64,000 nt of DNA from Vulcanimicrobiota bacterium (GCA_963777315.1 CAVZQC010000004.1:608001-672000); one strand, 5' to 3'; positions 33,065 through 43,548 are shown, counted from the first letter of the stretch. A program made the numbers and translations. Notes: generated from the sequence alone by a model not told the origin.

Positions 33065-33232
33065 AGGAGTTTGTCGGATTTGGGGCATTTTCGAATTTGT
33101 CGCTGAGTTTTGTTCGAAGACGAGGCGCGAGGACGGACGCAATGCAGCGCATTGTGGCCGCCACAGCAACGAAGTATTCGGGCAAAAGGCGGCGCGAAGG
33201 CGGAAACGTGCCTAAGTCCGACAGACTCCTAG
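33063..33232. mobile_element. Palindromic MITE-like element, 162 bp plus CTAG duplication
   Basis: CTAG-GAGTTTGTCGGATTTGGGGC ... GCCTAAGTCCGACAGACTC-CTAG, with nested internal inverted repeats. Confidence 0.75.
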
Positions 33233-35640
33233 GACGTAGAGGTATAGGACAACTCGTTGGCCGGGCCGCCGTACTCGCTCGCGCCTGAGGCGCGCCGAGC
33301 ATTGCGGGATGCTTGCAAGCCTTCCAAGGTCTGCATCAGAAAGCGCGCCTGAAACGCGATGACGTCACCGGTATTGGGAAACTTCGGATGCCGCCGGACT
33401 TCCGAAAGCGTGAGTCCTCGTTCCGTTCGCTTGACGATCCCGCTGGTTTGCAAGTTCCTCAACGCCTTTCGGACCATGGCCTCCGGATGTTTGCGCAGCT
33501 GCGGGTCCACGAAGATTTCCGGCGGCAGCGTCTGCAGACGTTCACGGATCGCTGCGACCGCCTCTTCCTGCGAAAACGCAGTAGAGCGTGCCGCGAGCCA
33601 TTCGCTCAGCAGCGCGCTGGTCGTTACCGGCCGTGCCGCCTGCAGCTCTTCCACGGCCATTTCTTTGCTGCGCAGCTCGACGACGCGATAGAGTTGAGAC
33701 AACCGCCTGCCCACGAACGGATCGTAGGCAATCGCAGCCAGGTAAACCGTTTGCACGTGCGGCGCAAGCCTGTCCCAGATTCCGCGAAAGCGCAGCATCG
33801 CACCGTCGGTGGAGTATTCTCCTTCGGGCGTAACGTAGAACGTCGCGCCACGGCGCAGCGCCTCTTCTATGCGGGCCAAATCCCGCTCGACGCCCGCGCG
33901 CGTCTCGTCGAACGATTCTTTGCGGTGGGGCTGCAGGAGTTCGGAGAGCCGCACGTACGTTTCTTGCGCGCGTTTGAACCAGCGTATCCCGAAAAGATCG
34001 GCGGTGGTCATTGCGTGCAGCCCGAGCTCATCGATCGTTGCGGGCTTGAACACCTGGTCGAGCGGCACTGCGCCGTGCCGGCGTTGAATGCCCCAGGCCC
34101 ACCGGGCGATCGATCGCAACTGCAGCTCGTTCTCGACGGGCAGCAGGCCCATTCCCTCAAACAGCCAGCCGAAGTTCACGTTGTACAGTACGCGCCAAAG
34201 CCAGGGAACGCGCACGCCCATGAAACCCGGCTCGTACATCAATTTCGCGCACGCCGCCAACACCGGCGTACGCCAGCCGCCGTGCAGCACCAGCGTGGTG
34301 ACCGGCCCCATCAGGTCCAATTCGACTTGATGGTTTGAAACGATCAACGACGGACCGCGGCCCGGTGCAAGCCATCCCCAGGAGCGAATGCGATACGCAA
34401 GGTGCACGTAGATCGAAACCACCACGCCCGACGCCAGCCGCAGAGGTACGCCCCACCACGGTATCAGCGGCTTTCCCCCGACTGCCAGCACCGTCACCGA
34501 TCCCAGCGCGAAGCTTGCGGCGGCTGCAAAGAACAACGTTCGATATCCGGCTTCCGAGTACGCGTACGATGCCAGCAGCCATCCGCCCGCGAGTGGTGCG
34601 ATCACTTGCGGAAAATTTTGCGCTATTCCCCAAATTCCCAAATCGCGCCCCACATCACGCAATTTGGGCACCGCGTCGATCGCAAGCGCCCAGCCGGTGG
34701 ACATGATCCCGCCGAAACCGATGCCGAACAGCAGTCCGAACGCGTAGATGAGATGCTGTTGCGGAAACAGCGCGAAGCCCGCGGCGGCCAACGTCATGGG
34801 GATGCCGCACACTGCGACGACGATCTTACGCGGAACGCGATCCGATAGCCATCCCAAATACGCGGCCGAAACGATCGCTCCCAGCAGCGAAGCGACTCCC
34901 ACCAACGCCGTCCCGACCGATGGATTGCCGACGTGCAGAATGTCGCGAAAGAAGTACAGCACGAACGTCATGAGCAGCGCCAGACCGAACGCCAAGAAAC
35001 CGCGCGCGATAAAGACGATGCTGAAGTCGTGCCAGTCGCTGATGCGCGCAGGCTCCTCGGGAGTATCGGCAACGGGCTGTTCGGGCTGGGCCAGCAAAGT
35101 GAGCGCGCCCACGCCGATCGCTACGGCCACCGCAACGAAAGTGGTGGGAGCCGGAGTGCCGGCTGCCACGCCGAAAGCCAAAACCGTTCCGACGAGCATT
35201 GCAACGCTTCGCACGCCCGACGCCATGCCCCAAGCTTGCTTTGGAACGACGTCGGGAATGAGCGCTTGATACGCCGCCAAACTGATATTCGCGCCCATCG
35301 TCGCCAAAAACAAGAACGTCATGAACAAGCCGAGGTTGTGGGCTTCGGCCAGCATGATCAAGCAGGCAACGTCGAGCGCGGCACCCGCCAGAATCGGCAC
35401 GCGGCGCGGAATACCGCGCCGGCGAAGCGCGTCGGACACGGCCCCGGCCACCGGCGGCACGATCATCGAGATGAACGAAACGAGCGCGACGACGACGGCC
35501 AAAACGCGTACGTGGTCCTGCGGTGCAAGCACCGCGACCGATGCGGGAATGGCGATTGCCGGCAGGGCGGTGTCTTGAAAGAACAGCGGCGCCCAAAAGG
35601 CGTTTTGGACGATCGACGTGCGAACGCCGTACGTCTTCAT
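33229..35640 (-). CDS. MFS transporter fused to a PlsC-like acyltransferase domain
   Basis: About 12 TM segments with GWLSDRVPRK MFS motif; then SNHQVELD (HX4D) and YVTPEG. Confidence 0.8.
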   Translation of the reverse strand: MKTYGVRTSIVQNAFWAPLFFQDTALPAIAIPASVAVLAPQDHVRVLAVVVALVSFISMIVPPVAGAVSDALRRRGIPRRVPILAGAALDVACLIMLAEAHNLGLFMTFLFLATMGANISLAAYQALIPDVVPKQAWGMASGVRSVAMLVGTVLAFGVAAGTPAPTTFVAVAVAIGVGALTLLAQPEQPVADTPEEPARISDWHDFSIVFIARGFLAFGLALLMTFVLYFFRDILHVGNPSVGTALVGVASLLGAIVSAAYLGWLSDRVPRKIVVAVCGIPMTLAAAGFALFPQQHLIYAFGLLFGIGFGGIMSTGWALAIDAVPKLRDVGRDLGIWGIAQNFPQVIAPLAGGWLLASYAYSEAGYRTLFFAAAASFALGSVTVLAVGGKPLIPWWGVPLRLASGVVVSIYVHLAYRIRSWGWLAPGRGPSLIVSNHQVELDLMGPVTTLVLHGGWRTPVLAACAKLMYEPGFMGVRVPWLWRVLYNVNFGWLFEGMGLLPVENELQLRSIARWAWGIQRRHGAVPLDQVFKPATIDELGLHAMTTADLFGIRWFKRAQETYVRLSELLQPHRKESFDETRAGVERDLARIEEALRRGATFYVTPEGEYSTDGAMLRFRGIWDRLAPHVQTVYLAAIAYDPFVGRRLSQLYRVVELRSKEMAVEELQAARPVTTSALLSEWLAARSTAFSQEEAVAAIRERLQTLPPEIFVDPQLRKHPEAMVRKALRNLQTSGIVKRTERGLTLSEVRRHPKFPNTGDVIAFQARFLMQTLEGLQASRNARRASGASEYGGPANELSYTSTS

Positions 35641-38600
35641 GGGTTCTTTAGAGACTGCAGTTGACCGGCATGCGCATGCAGCAGCGCTTCGACGTCTTTG
35701 GCCATAGCATCCATCTCGTCCGAATACTGTGCGATGAGGGCCTGCTGCGCCGCAGTGGGAGGCCCGGCGTACTGGGCGATTGTTGCGCGCATATAGGCAA
35801 CTTGTTCGCTGACGCCTGCAGCGCGGCGATAACCGGACTGCGGATTGCGCAGCCGGTCCAGACGGTCTTGCAGTTCCGAGTCAAAACCGGCCAGCGCCGG
35901 ATTGTGCGCACCTGCAATGCGCGACCGCACGTTCGCCACGGCCGCGATCGTGCGTTCGGCGCGTTCTTGTATCGCGGCCAGCCGTTCCAGAGCCTCGTAT
36001 TGAGCGCGCAGCGCAGCGGGCGCGGCCGTGTTGCGGGGGTCCATCACAACGCTGACCGGCGCACTCAGGTGCGCACCGGGTAAATCGACCTGCAGCTCGT
36101 ACGTTCCGGGCAGCACCTGCGGGCCTTGAATGCGCATCGGATAAAAAATATAGTATGGGCGGCTATCCTGAACCGCGCCCGCTCCGCCGGGAGCTTGCGT
36201 GGTCAGATCCCACGCAAAACGATTGATTCCCGCGTGCACCGTCGCTTCGAACTCGTTCACTTGGGTGCCGGCCCGGTCGAACACGCGCACCTGCACGGCG
36301 GGTTTGGCTTTGGGTTTGCGGGGCGCAGGCGCTCGCGGCAGATAGAGCGTCAGGAGCGCTCCATACGGCTTGTTTTCGGAAACGAACGCCCCGCGGCCGT
36401 GCTCGTGATACGGACCGTCGTTGTACCGGTACGCCGCCATCGGCGCAAACAGGTAGGGCGCTGAACCTGCGGCGACGCGCGACCATTGCTGCAGCGGCGT
36501 AAGGTCGTCGAGGATAAAGAACCCGCGTCCGTGCGAACCGACGATCAGATCGTTGTCGCGCGGATGAATCTGCAGGTCGTACACCGGGACGTGCGGCAGC
36601 CCCAGCCGAAAATCGCTCCAGTGCGAACCGGCGTCGAGCGAAACGAAGATGCCGCGCTCGGTTCCCGCGTAAAGGACGCTGGGATTGCGCGGATCTTCCC
36701 GCAGCACGTGAACGTAGCTCTGCAGCCCCGCGCCGATGGCGGTCCAGGTTTTCCCGAAGTCGCGCGTTACGAATGCATAGGAATGATAATCGTTCCACTG
36801 ATGCCGGTCGAAGGCGGCATAAGCCACGCCCGAACGCGTCGGCGAAGGAGAAATCGAAGACACGCGCGCGGGCTCAGGCAGATCCGGTACGCCGGCGACG
36901 ACGTCGCTCCAAACGCGTCCGCCGTCACGCGTTATCTCCAGGTGGCCGTTGTCGGTCCCGAACCAAACCGTGTTCGGATCCTTGGCGTCTTCGCCGATCG
37001 TATAGATCGTGCAATACGTTTCGGCGTTGGTGTCGTCATATGTAATCGGACCGCCGCTGCGCTGCAATTGCGCAGGCGAACACTGCGTGAGGTCCGGGCT
37101 GAACCGGCTCCACGTGGTTCCGTCGTCGGGCGAGCGGAACAGCACGTTGCCGCCGAAGTACAAAACGCTCGGATCGAAGTGCGAGAGCAGCAGCGGCGCG
37201 CTCCAATTGAACCGATACCGGTACGTGGACGCACCGGTGCCGAACGAAACGATCGGTTGGGGCGAAATGTAGCGGCGCTCGCCCGTTTTCAAGTTGGCTT
37301 GAACCAGGTCGCCGAAGTGCGTGTCCTCGTACACGAGCGAAGAGTTCCTCGGATCGGCCATAGCGTATTGCCCGTCGCCCCAGTCGGAAATATCCAGCCA
37401 ATCGCCGTCACCGGGGCCGTCCGAGCGGCTGAACAGTTCACTCGGGCCCCACCAGACCTCGTGATCCTGCAGGCCGCCCATGACGTGGTATGGTTCGTCC
37501 ATGTCGTATCCGACGCGATACACTTGCGCGAACGGAACGACGTCGTCATAACTCCACGTTTTTGCGCCGTCGACCGAGTAATGAAAGCCCATGTCGCTGC
37601 CGTTGAGCAGCCGCTTCGAATCCTGCGGATCGATCCACAGATCGTGGTTATCGCCGCCGCCGCCCGCGTCTTTGAACGTCCTGCCGCCGTCGCGCGAAAC
37701 CATCAGACCGCCTGCGATCGCGTACACTTTGTTGGGATCGTGCGGGTCGCAGCGCACTTGGGAAAAATAGAACGGGCGAAAATCGATGTCTTCAGCACTG
37801 CTCCGCAACTGCCAGTGCGCCCCGGCGTCCGCCGTGCGGTACAGCAATCCGGCTTTAGTCGGCACGAAGGCGTACACGACGCTGGAGTTACTGCGGCACA
37901 CGCTGACGCCCACTCGATTGATGGGACCGGCCGGCAAGCCGTTACGCAGGCGCGGGTCCGTCAGACGTATCCACGTTTTGCCCGCATTCATGGACTTGTA
38001 CAGCCCACTGCCCGGGCCGCCGCTGCGCAGCGTCCACGGCCGGCGTAAAAAATCAAAAGTGCCGGCATACACGACGTTGCGGCGGTGCGGGTCGAATGCA
38101 AGGTCGCTGCCGCCCGTCGTATCGTTGACGTACAGCACGCGCGTCCAGTGTTCTCCCGCGTCGCCGCTCCGGAAAATTCCGCGCTGACCGCCGGGAGCGA
38201 ATTCATGTCCCATCGCCGCTGCAAGCACGACGCGCGAGTCGGCAGGATCGACGGCAATTTTCGCGATGCTTCCCGCGCCGTCCAAACCTACATGGCGCCA
38301 GTGTTCGGCAGCGTCCGAGCTGGTCCATACGCCGTCGCCGTAATCTGCCGTATTGCGCGGAAAACCTTCGCCGGTTCCGATGTACAGCCGTTCGGGATTG
38401 CGCGGATCGAGTGCGATGGCGCCGATCGCACTGGTCGATCCGGCTTCGAACGACGACGTAAACGTCAGTCCTCCGTCGACGGATTTCCACAACCCGCCCG
38501 ACGAATGTCCCAGGTAAATGATCTTCGGATCGCCCGGCACGCCCGCAACGGCATCGAGCCTTCCGCCCATGACGGCCGGTCCCACTGATCGGAAATGCAG

Positions 38601-38678
38601 ATCGCCGAAGCTCGCCGGCCACCCGATCGTCGCGAGCAGCAACGCGAGCGGCAGCACAATCGCGTGCAGGCCGTTCAT
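35637..38678 (-). CDS. BNR/Asp-box (VPS10/sortilin-like) glycosyl hydrolase-related protein
   Basis: Multiple S.DGG.TW Asp-boxes; GPAVMGGR; signal peptide. Confidence 0.88.
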   Translation of the reverse strand: MNGLHAIVLPLALLLATIGWPASFGDLHFRSVGPAVMGGRLDAVAGVPGDPKIIYLGHSSGGLWKSVDGGLTFTSSFEAGSTSAIGAIALDPRNPERLYIGTGEGFPRNTADYGDGVWTSSDAAEHWRHVGLDGAGSIAKIAVDPADSRVVLAAAMGHEFAPGGQRGIFRSGDAGEHWTRVLYVNDTTGGSDLAFDPHRRNVVYAGTFDFLRRPWTLRSGGPGSGLYKSMNAGKTWIRLTDPRLRNGLPAGPINRVGVSVCRSNSSVVYAFVPTKAGLLYRTADAGAHWQLRSSAEDIDFRPFYFSQVRCDPHDPNKVYAIAGGLMVSRDGGRTFKDAGGGGDNHDLWIDPQDSKRLLNGSDMGFHYSVDGAKTWSYDDVVPFAQVYRVGYDMDEPYHVMGGLQDHEVWWGPSELFSRSDGPGDGDWLDISDWGDGQYAMADPRNSSLVYEDTHFGDLVQANLKTGERRYISPQPIVSFGTGASTYRYRFNWSAPLLLSHFDPSVLYFGGNVLFRSPDDGTTWSRFSPDLTQCSPAQLQRSGGPITYDDTNAETYCTIYTIGEDAKDPNTVWFGTDNGHLEITRDGGRVWSDVVAGVPDLPEPARVSSISPSPTRSGVAYAAFDRHQWNDYHSYAFVTRDFGKTWTAIGAGLQSYVHVLREDPRNPSVLYAGTERGIFVSLDAGSHWSDFRLGLPHVPVYDLQIHPRDNDLIVGSHGRGFFILDDLTPLQQWSRVAAGSAPYLFAPMAAYRYNDGPYHEHGRGAFVSENKPYGALLTLYLPRAPAPRKPKAKPAVQVRVFDRAGTQVNEFEATVHAGINRFAWDLTTQAPGGAGAVQDSRPYYIFYPMRIQGPQVLPGTYELQVDLPGAHLSAPVSVVMDPRNTAAPAALRAQYEALERLAAIQERAERTIAAVANVRSRIAGAHNPALAGFDSELQDRLDRLRNPQSGYRRAAGVSEQVAYMRATIAQYAGPPTAAQQALIAQYSDEMDAMAKDVEALLHAHAGQLQSLKNP

Positions 38679-38696
38679 ACCAGCGGCACTACGCCG

Positions 38697-39026
38697 CTAA
38701 GCTTCGGGAGCCTCCGGCGCGGCAATCCAGCGATTCGCCCAGCTCGCGATTTCATCGAGCGCAGGACGCAGTTCAGCGCCGCGCGCGGTGAGCTCGTACA
38801 GCACGCGCACCGGTGACGCCGGAATAACCCGGCGGCGAACGATGTGCTCGGCTTCGAGCTCTCTCAGACGTTCGGTCAGCAGTCGATCGGAAACCCCGGG
38901 AACCGCTCCCAATAGCTCGTTGAACCGGCGAGGACCGGCCATGAGCGTCCTCACGATGGCTCCGTTCCAGCGGCGTCCGATGAGTTCCACCGCGCGGTGG
39001 TAGCGCGGACACAGCTCGGTTGGCAT
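38697..39026 (-). CDS. HxlR family transcriptional regulator
   Basis: CPRYHRAVELIGRRW and LTERLRELE motifs. Confidence 0.92.
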   Translation of the reverse strand: MPTELCPRYHRAVELIGRRWNGAIVRTLMAGPRRFNELLGAVPGVSDRLLTERLRELEAEHIVRRRVIPASPVRVLYELTARGAELRPALDEIASWANRWIAAPEAPEA

Positions 39027-39089
39027 GCACCAAGGCTACCATAAGTAAGTTAAGGCCGGCAAGGAGCTTGGCTGCGCATATGAAGAGGC

Positions 39090-39572
39090 TCAAGGCGCTT
39101 GGGTCTGCAGTGCGATCGGCGTACGCCGAGGTGACGGTTTTCCCCTTACGGCGGGCCGAGGCGTCGCAAGCGGCCTGGGCGTAAACACCGCAGTCGGCGC
39201 GACGCGCGGCACGGCGGGATTGAAGGGCGAAGGCGTCGCAAACGGCGCGCGCGGCACGTCGATGCGGAGCTCGTGGTGCCGCCCATCGTACTGTACGAGC
39301 GCTCCGAACGTCCGCAGCACCGGCGCGATTTCGACGAACGTGCTGAAGAAAAACGCGGGATACGGCCGGCGCATGGGAATCTGATCGAATCGATCGCCGC
39401 GCCTTACGACCAGCATGCCGCCGCTGTACTCGATTACGTCTGCGACCCGCGTGACGAACGGATCTACCGGCGCCATGACGTGTCCGGCCTGTATGTACGG
39501 TGCGATGTACGAACGCACGACGGATCCGTCTATCGCGATGCGCAGCACCGCGGCGGCAAGTGGGAATATCAC
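39090..39572 (-). CDS. Hypothetical protein, copper amine oxidase N-terminal-like with Pro-rich tail
   Basis: APYIQAGHVMAPV pattern. Confidence 0.55.
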   Translation of the reverse strand: MIFPLAAAVLRIAIDGSVVRSYIAPYIQAGHVMAPVDPFVTRVADVIEYSGGMLVVRRGDRFDQIPMRRPYPAFFFSTFVEIAPVLRTFGALVQYDGRHHELRIDVPRAPFATPSPFNPAVPRVAPTAVFTPRPLATPRPAVRGKPSPRRTPIALQTQAP

Positions 39573-39602
39573 TGCCGGACCACGATACTACGGACGAAGA
39601 CG

Positions 39603-40472
39603 ATGCGGCTCATCTTAGCGTTCCGCGAAGCCGGGATGCGGTTCTCCCGCGACGGGTGCGCGTTCTTGTCACAGGCGATCGCTTTCAACGCGCTTTTCGC
39701 CATTTTCCCGCTGTTGGTGCTCGTGCTGACTGCGGCTTCGCTCTTCATCCCGCATGCCGAGCGGCAGATTCTCGCGTTCTTCGACACCTTCGCTCCGGCG
39801 CTGCACGATACCGTGGCGGAGAACGTGCGCACGTACGTTTACGGCCGCGGCCTTTCCAGCGCCATCGCGTTCGTGGTGGTCGTATGGGCCTCCAAAAACC
39901 TGTTCATGGGATTGGCTTATGCGCTGAACCGGGCGCTGGCCGTACCCAAGAGCCGCCCGCTGTACCACGATATGCTCATCTCGATCGTCATGCTCCCCAT
40001 CACCGGCATGATGATGATACTCGCAATCGGCATGCCGGTTGCCGTGTCGGTATTGTTTGCCAAAGCCCATCTGCAAGGCCAGTTGCTCTCGCAGCTCGTC
40101 GCGTACGGATTCTCGATGGCGCTGGTTTTTATCGTCGTCGTTTTTTTGTATACGTTCTTGCCCAACCGCACGGTGCACTGGCATTTTGCCGTACCGGGCG
40201 CAACGTTCGTGGCGCTGATGTGGCCGGGAGTGCAGTTCGCGTTTGCCTTTTACACCGTTCACGTGGACTTCACGCGCGTGTACGGCGCACTCTCGGCTCC
40301 GCTCGTGCTGCTGCTCTGGTTCTACTTGATGGGGCTCACGTTTTTCTTCGGCGCCGAACTGAGCGCGGGATGGGCCCATCATAAGGGCACCGAGGAAGTT
40401 TCACCGCTGGTCGATCCCGTCAAACCCAGCGAACAGGACATCGCCAAAGCGGAGGCGGCCGCAGGGTCGTGA
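39603..40472 (+). CDS. YihY/BrkB family membrane protein
   Basis: AIAFNALFAIFP and YGAL..LVLLLWFY motifs. Confidence 0.9.
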   Translation: MRLILAFREAGMRFSRDGCAFLSQAIAFNALFAIFPLLVLVLTAASLFIPHAERQILAFFDTFAPALHDTVAENVRTYVYGRGLSSAIAFVVVVWASKNLFMGLAYALNRALAVPKSRPLYHDMLISIVMLPITGMMMILAIGMPVAVSVLFAKAHLQGQLLSQLVAYGFSMALVFIVVVFLYTFLPNRTVHWHFAVPGATFVALMWPGVQFAFAFYTVHVDFTRVYGALSAPLVLLLWFYLMGLTFFFGAELSAGWAHHKGTEEVSPLVDPVKPSEQDIAKAEAAAGS

Positions 40473-41150
40473 CGCTGCTCTTTCTGCACGGCGCCGGAAG
40501 TACGCGGCGGGCATTCGACCTGCAAACTCCGGCATTTCCCGGTTCAGTTGCGATCGATCTTCCCGGACACGGCAGTCCCGGAACTGCAAACTCCATCGCG
40601 GATTTCGCGCAGTTCGTGGAAGATTTCATTCTGGGCAAAGGGTTGGACACGCCGGTACTGTGCGGGCACTCGATGGGAGGCGCAGTTGCGATCGAGATGG
40701 CGCTGCGCGAACGCGTAGACTCTTGCAGGCGTGGCCGTTCTGGGTTCGGGTGCGCGCCTGCGCGTTGCACCCGCGCTTCTGGCGCAGCTTGAATCGGAGT
40801 TCGAACAGGGTGCGCGCGCAATAGCGGCTTTGTGCTTTTCCGATCCAACGCAGGAACGCGTGCAGTGGGCGGTGCAGTCGATGCGCGAGGTTGGGCAGCG
40901 GCAAACGGTACGGGATTTTCGCGCGTGCGATGCGTTTGACGCCGTCGAGCGGCTCGACCAGATAAGCGTGCCGCTCCTCGCCTTAACGGGCGAACGCGAC
41001 GTCATGACTCCTCCCAAATACGCGCGCGCACTGGCCGACCGGGTTCCCGGTGCGCAAGCGCGAATAATTTCGGGCGGCCATTTCGTCATGGTCGAAAACC
41101 CGCAGGAAACAAACGCGGCACTTCGCTCGTTTACTTCGACAATCGCGTAG
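40469..41150 (+). CDS. Alpha/beta hydrolase; apparent frameshift at about 40719
   Basis: FLHGAG, DLPGHG and GHSMGG; D.MTPP and GGHF in the second ORF. Confidence 0.85.
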
Positions 41151-41170
41151 TGCACTTGGAAAGGACGTTC

Positions 41171-42172
41171 GTGCGCCGAATCGCCGCCCTGATCTTTTTT
41201 TGCTCGAGCGTAGCGCTCGTGGGCGCCGCGCGTCCCACGCCTACGCCCGCACCGGTTGCCACGGCTTCACCGGCGCCGCACAAGGCCATGCCGCTGGTGG
41301 TGGTGTTCGCCTTCGACACGAGCACCGACATAAAACCCGGCACCGGACAGAACGCCGCGCAGATTTTCGTTCAGCAAATGAACGCCGACGGCGGGGTCGA
41401 TGCGATACAGGCACCGGCCTCGGTCAAACGCGTCGATTATCTGACGTACGCGCACGGCCTGAGCGCCGACTACTACGTTGCGGGATACATGACGCCTTTG
41501 GGCAACGGCGTCTCGCTTGTCGAGCAGGTCGTCTCAACGCGCAGCGGCGCGATCGTGTACGGTCAAACGGCCCAAATCGAGTCCTTTCAGGACGCGACGG
41601 CGCAGGCTACGGCGATTCGCGACGGCATCGTCTCACTCGAACAGCAATTATCCGATGCGTATAGCGGCGCGCAGACCACTTCGACGGCCACGCCGATGGC
41701 CAACAATCAAGCCAATTTATCGAAAGGCATTTCCGGTCTTGCGGGGCTGTTCAAACGAAAGGCGAAACAGACGCCGGCCCCGGCGGCCGCAAAGCCTGCC
41801 AAAGGAATTTTTGTCGCCCGGATCGGCGGCGCGCTGCCCGCCGGCGATCTTGCGAAGGGCACGACGAGCTTGTTCGACGCACTGAGCGCTCATTACAACG
41901 TTCGCATGTCGGGCGGAACGTCCGCGAGCCTTTCCAAACAAGCCGACGGCATTTGCGGCGTCGATCGCAACAACACCGTTGCCGGCGGAACGGCGTCCGC
42001 ACAGGTTCAGCGGCGGACGCTGGGAAGCCGCACGCAATACACGTTCGTTTTGGACGTGTACACGTGCTTCGGCGCGAAGCTTGCGCAAAGCACCGGCACG
42101 GGGGACTCGCTCCCGCTGGCAGTGCGCGCTGCCGTAGACGCGTACGCGGCGGCTCATCCGCAAAACGGGTAG
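41171..42172 (+). CDS. Secreted hypothetical protein
   Basis: Signal peptide, Pro/Thr linker, two globular regions. Confidence 0.7.
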   Translation: MRRIAALIFFCSSVALVGAARPTPTPAPVATASPAPHKAMPLVVVFAFDTSTDIKPGTGQNAAQIFVQQMNADGGVDAIQAPASVKRVDYLTYAHGLSADYYVAGYMTPLGNGVSLVEQVVSTRSGAIVYGQTAQIESFQDATAQATAIRDGIVSLEQQLSDAYSGAQTTSTATPMANNQANLSKGISGLAGLFKRKAKQTPAPAAAKPAKGIFVARIGGALPAGDLAKGTTSLFDALSAHYNVRMSGGTSASLSKQADGICGVDRNNTVAGGTASAQVQRRTLGSRTQYTFVLDVYTCFGAKLAQSTGTGDSLPLAVRAAVDAYAAAHPQNG

Positions 42173-42183
42173 CAGCGCCATGC

Positions 42184-42696
42184 TCACTCGTCGTCGAGTA
42201 AGCCCGGCGGCAATTCCACGAGAATGCGGCGCGCGGTCAAGTCGATCGATTTGATGAATTGCGAAACCATCGGCACCATGCTGTGCCCAACGACGAGCAT
42301 GTCGGAGGCGGGGTAGTGTTCGACCGCACTGACCTGCCCGAGCCGTTTCCCCGATCCATCGTAGATCTCGCAGCCGGCTAAGTCCCGATCCAAATATTCG
42401 CGGGCGCCCAGCGCAATTCGGCTGCGTTCGACGCACAACTCGGCGCCGCAATACGGCTGGGCCGCTTCCAGCGAATCGACCTCGCGCAGATGAATCAGCA
42501 GACGGCCTTTGTGCTCTCGAACGGCGCTCACTTCGACGTCACGACCCGAACCGTCCGCAAACCTGGCAAAAAAAACCTCTCCCGATAAAAAAAGAGTGCG
42601 GCCCGCGTTGCTCGGGTCGCACTTCAGATCGCCGTGTAGTCCGAAAACGCCCGCAATGCGGCCGACCGGGATAAGGTCATTCGGAGTCGATGGCAT
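42184..42696 (-). CDS. rimM: 16S rRNA processing protein RimM
   Basis: VGRIAGVFGLHG and DLAGCEI motifs; gene context. Confidence 0.92.
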   Translation of the reverse strand: MPSTPNDLIPVGRIAGVFGLHGDLKCDPSNAGRTLFLSGEVFFARFADGSGRDVEVSAVREHKGRLLIHLREVDSLEAAQPYCGAELCVERSRIALGAREYLDRDLAGCEIYDGSGKRLGQVSAVEHYPASDMLVVGHSMVPMVSQFIKSIDLTARRILVELPPGLLDDE

Positions 42697-43222
42697 CGTC
42701 CGCGTCTTGCGCTTCTTCGTCTTCGAGATCGTTGGTATCGAAAATTTCGACGCCGACTTTTCCTTCAGCCGTCGCTCGCACGATCGTTCGCAGCGCCTGC
42801 GCAACGCGACCGCTGCGGCCGATGACTTTGCCGATGTCTTCCGGGTCGACGATCAATTCAATCGAAGCCTGCTCGCCGTTTTCGGGCGGGAAGTTGTCGA
42901 CGATCACTGCGTCCGGTTTCTCGACGAGTTTTTTGGCCAAAAATTCGAGCAGCGCTGCAGCGCGCGCGCGCGCGGCTTCCGGATCGGCCGGTTGCCGGTG
43001 CTGCTGCGATCTGCGCCTGGGAGCCTCGCCGCCCGGCACATAGCGTCGAGAAGTGCCGCGTGCGGGTGTATCCCGGCGCGTGCGGGCAACCTCGTCTTCA
43101 GGTTCCACGTCGTCGATGACCGTTTCGTCGGTTGCGATCTTCCGCGCGCCGAGCGTGGAACGGCGCTCGGTCTCGTCGCCTTCTTCTCCGAAGAGCCCGA
43201 ATTCGTCGTCAAAGGAGCTCAT
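42677..43222 (-). CDS. khpA: KH-domain RNA-binding protein KhpA with long N-terminal extension
   Basis: LVEKPDAV and [17 protein letters not shown] motifs; lies between rpsP and rimM. Confidence 0.88.
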   Translation of the reverse strand: MSSFDDEFGLFGEEGDETERRSTLGARKIATDETVIDDVEPEDEVARTRRDTPARGTSRRYVPGGEAPRRRSQQHRQPADPEAARARAAALLEFLAKKLVEKPDAVIVDNFPPENGEQASIELIVDPEDIGKVIGRSGRVAQALRTIVRATAEGKVGVEIFDTNDLEDEEAQDADDAIDSE

Positions 43223-43518
43223 GGCTGCGCGCCTTCACTCGACTTGGACTTGCGCTTGGTCTGCGGAACCGGACCCCGTTCCATAATGCCTTTTTCGGCG
43301 AATAAGCGGCGCACCGTATCGGACGGCTGCGCGCCTTTGGCGAGCCAAGCCTTGGCTTTTTCCTCGTTCACGACAACGGTTCGAGGCTCGGTGCGCGGAT
43401 TATAGTGTCCCAGTATCTCGATGAAGCGGCCGTCGCGCGGAGAACGGGCGTCTGCCACTACGAAACGATACGTCGGCTGCTTTTTGGCGCCCATGCGGCG
43501 AAGTCTGATTTTAACCAT
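43219..43518 (-). CDS. rpsP: 30S ribosomal protein S16
   Basis: [28 protein letters not shown]. Confidence 0.98.
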   Translation of the reverse strand: MVKIRLRRMGAKKQPTYRFVVADARSPRDGRFIEILGHYNPRTEPRTVVVNEEKAKAWLAKGAQPSDTVRRLFAEKGIMERGPVPQTKRKSKSSEGAQP

Positions 43519-43548
43519 TACCTTGCTGTCCGTGTACGATGCTGCGCG

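Noticed and set aside
33063..33232. 6S RNA or retron msr/msd
   Set aside because: The flanking CTAG duplication and terminal inverted repeats favour a MITE; no reverse transcriptase is nearby. 6S is not formally excluded without a covariance search.
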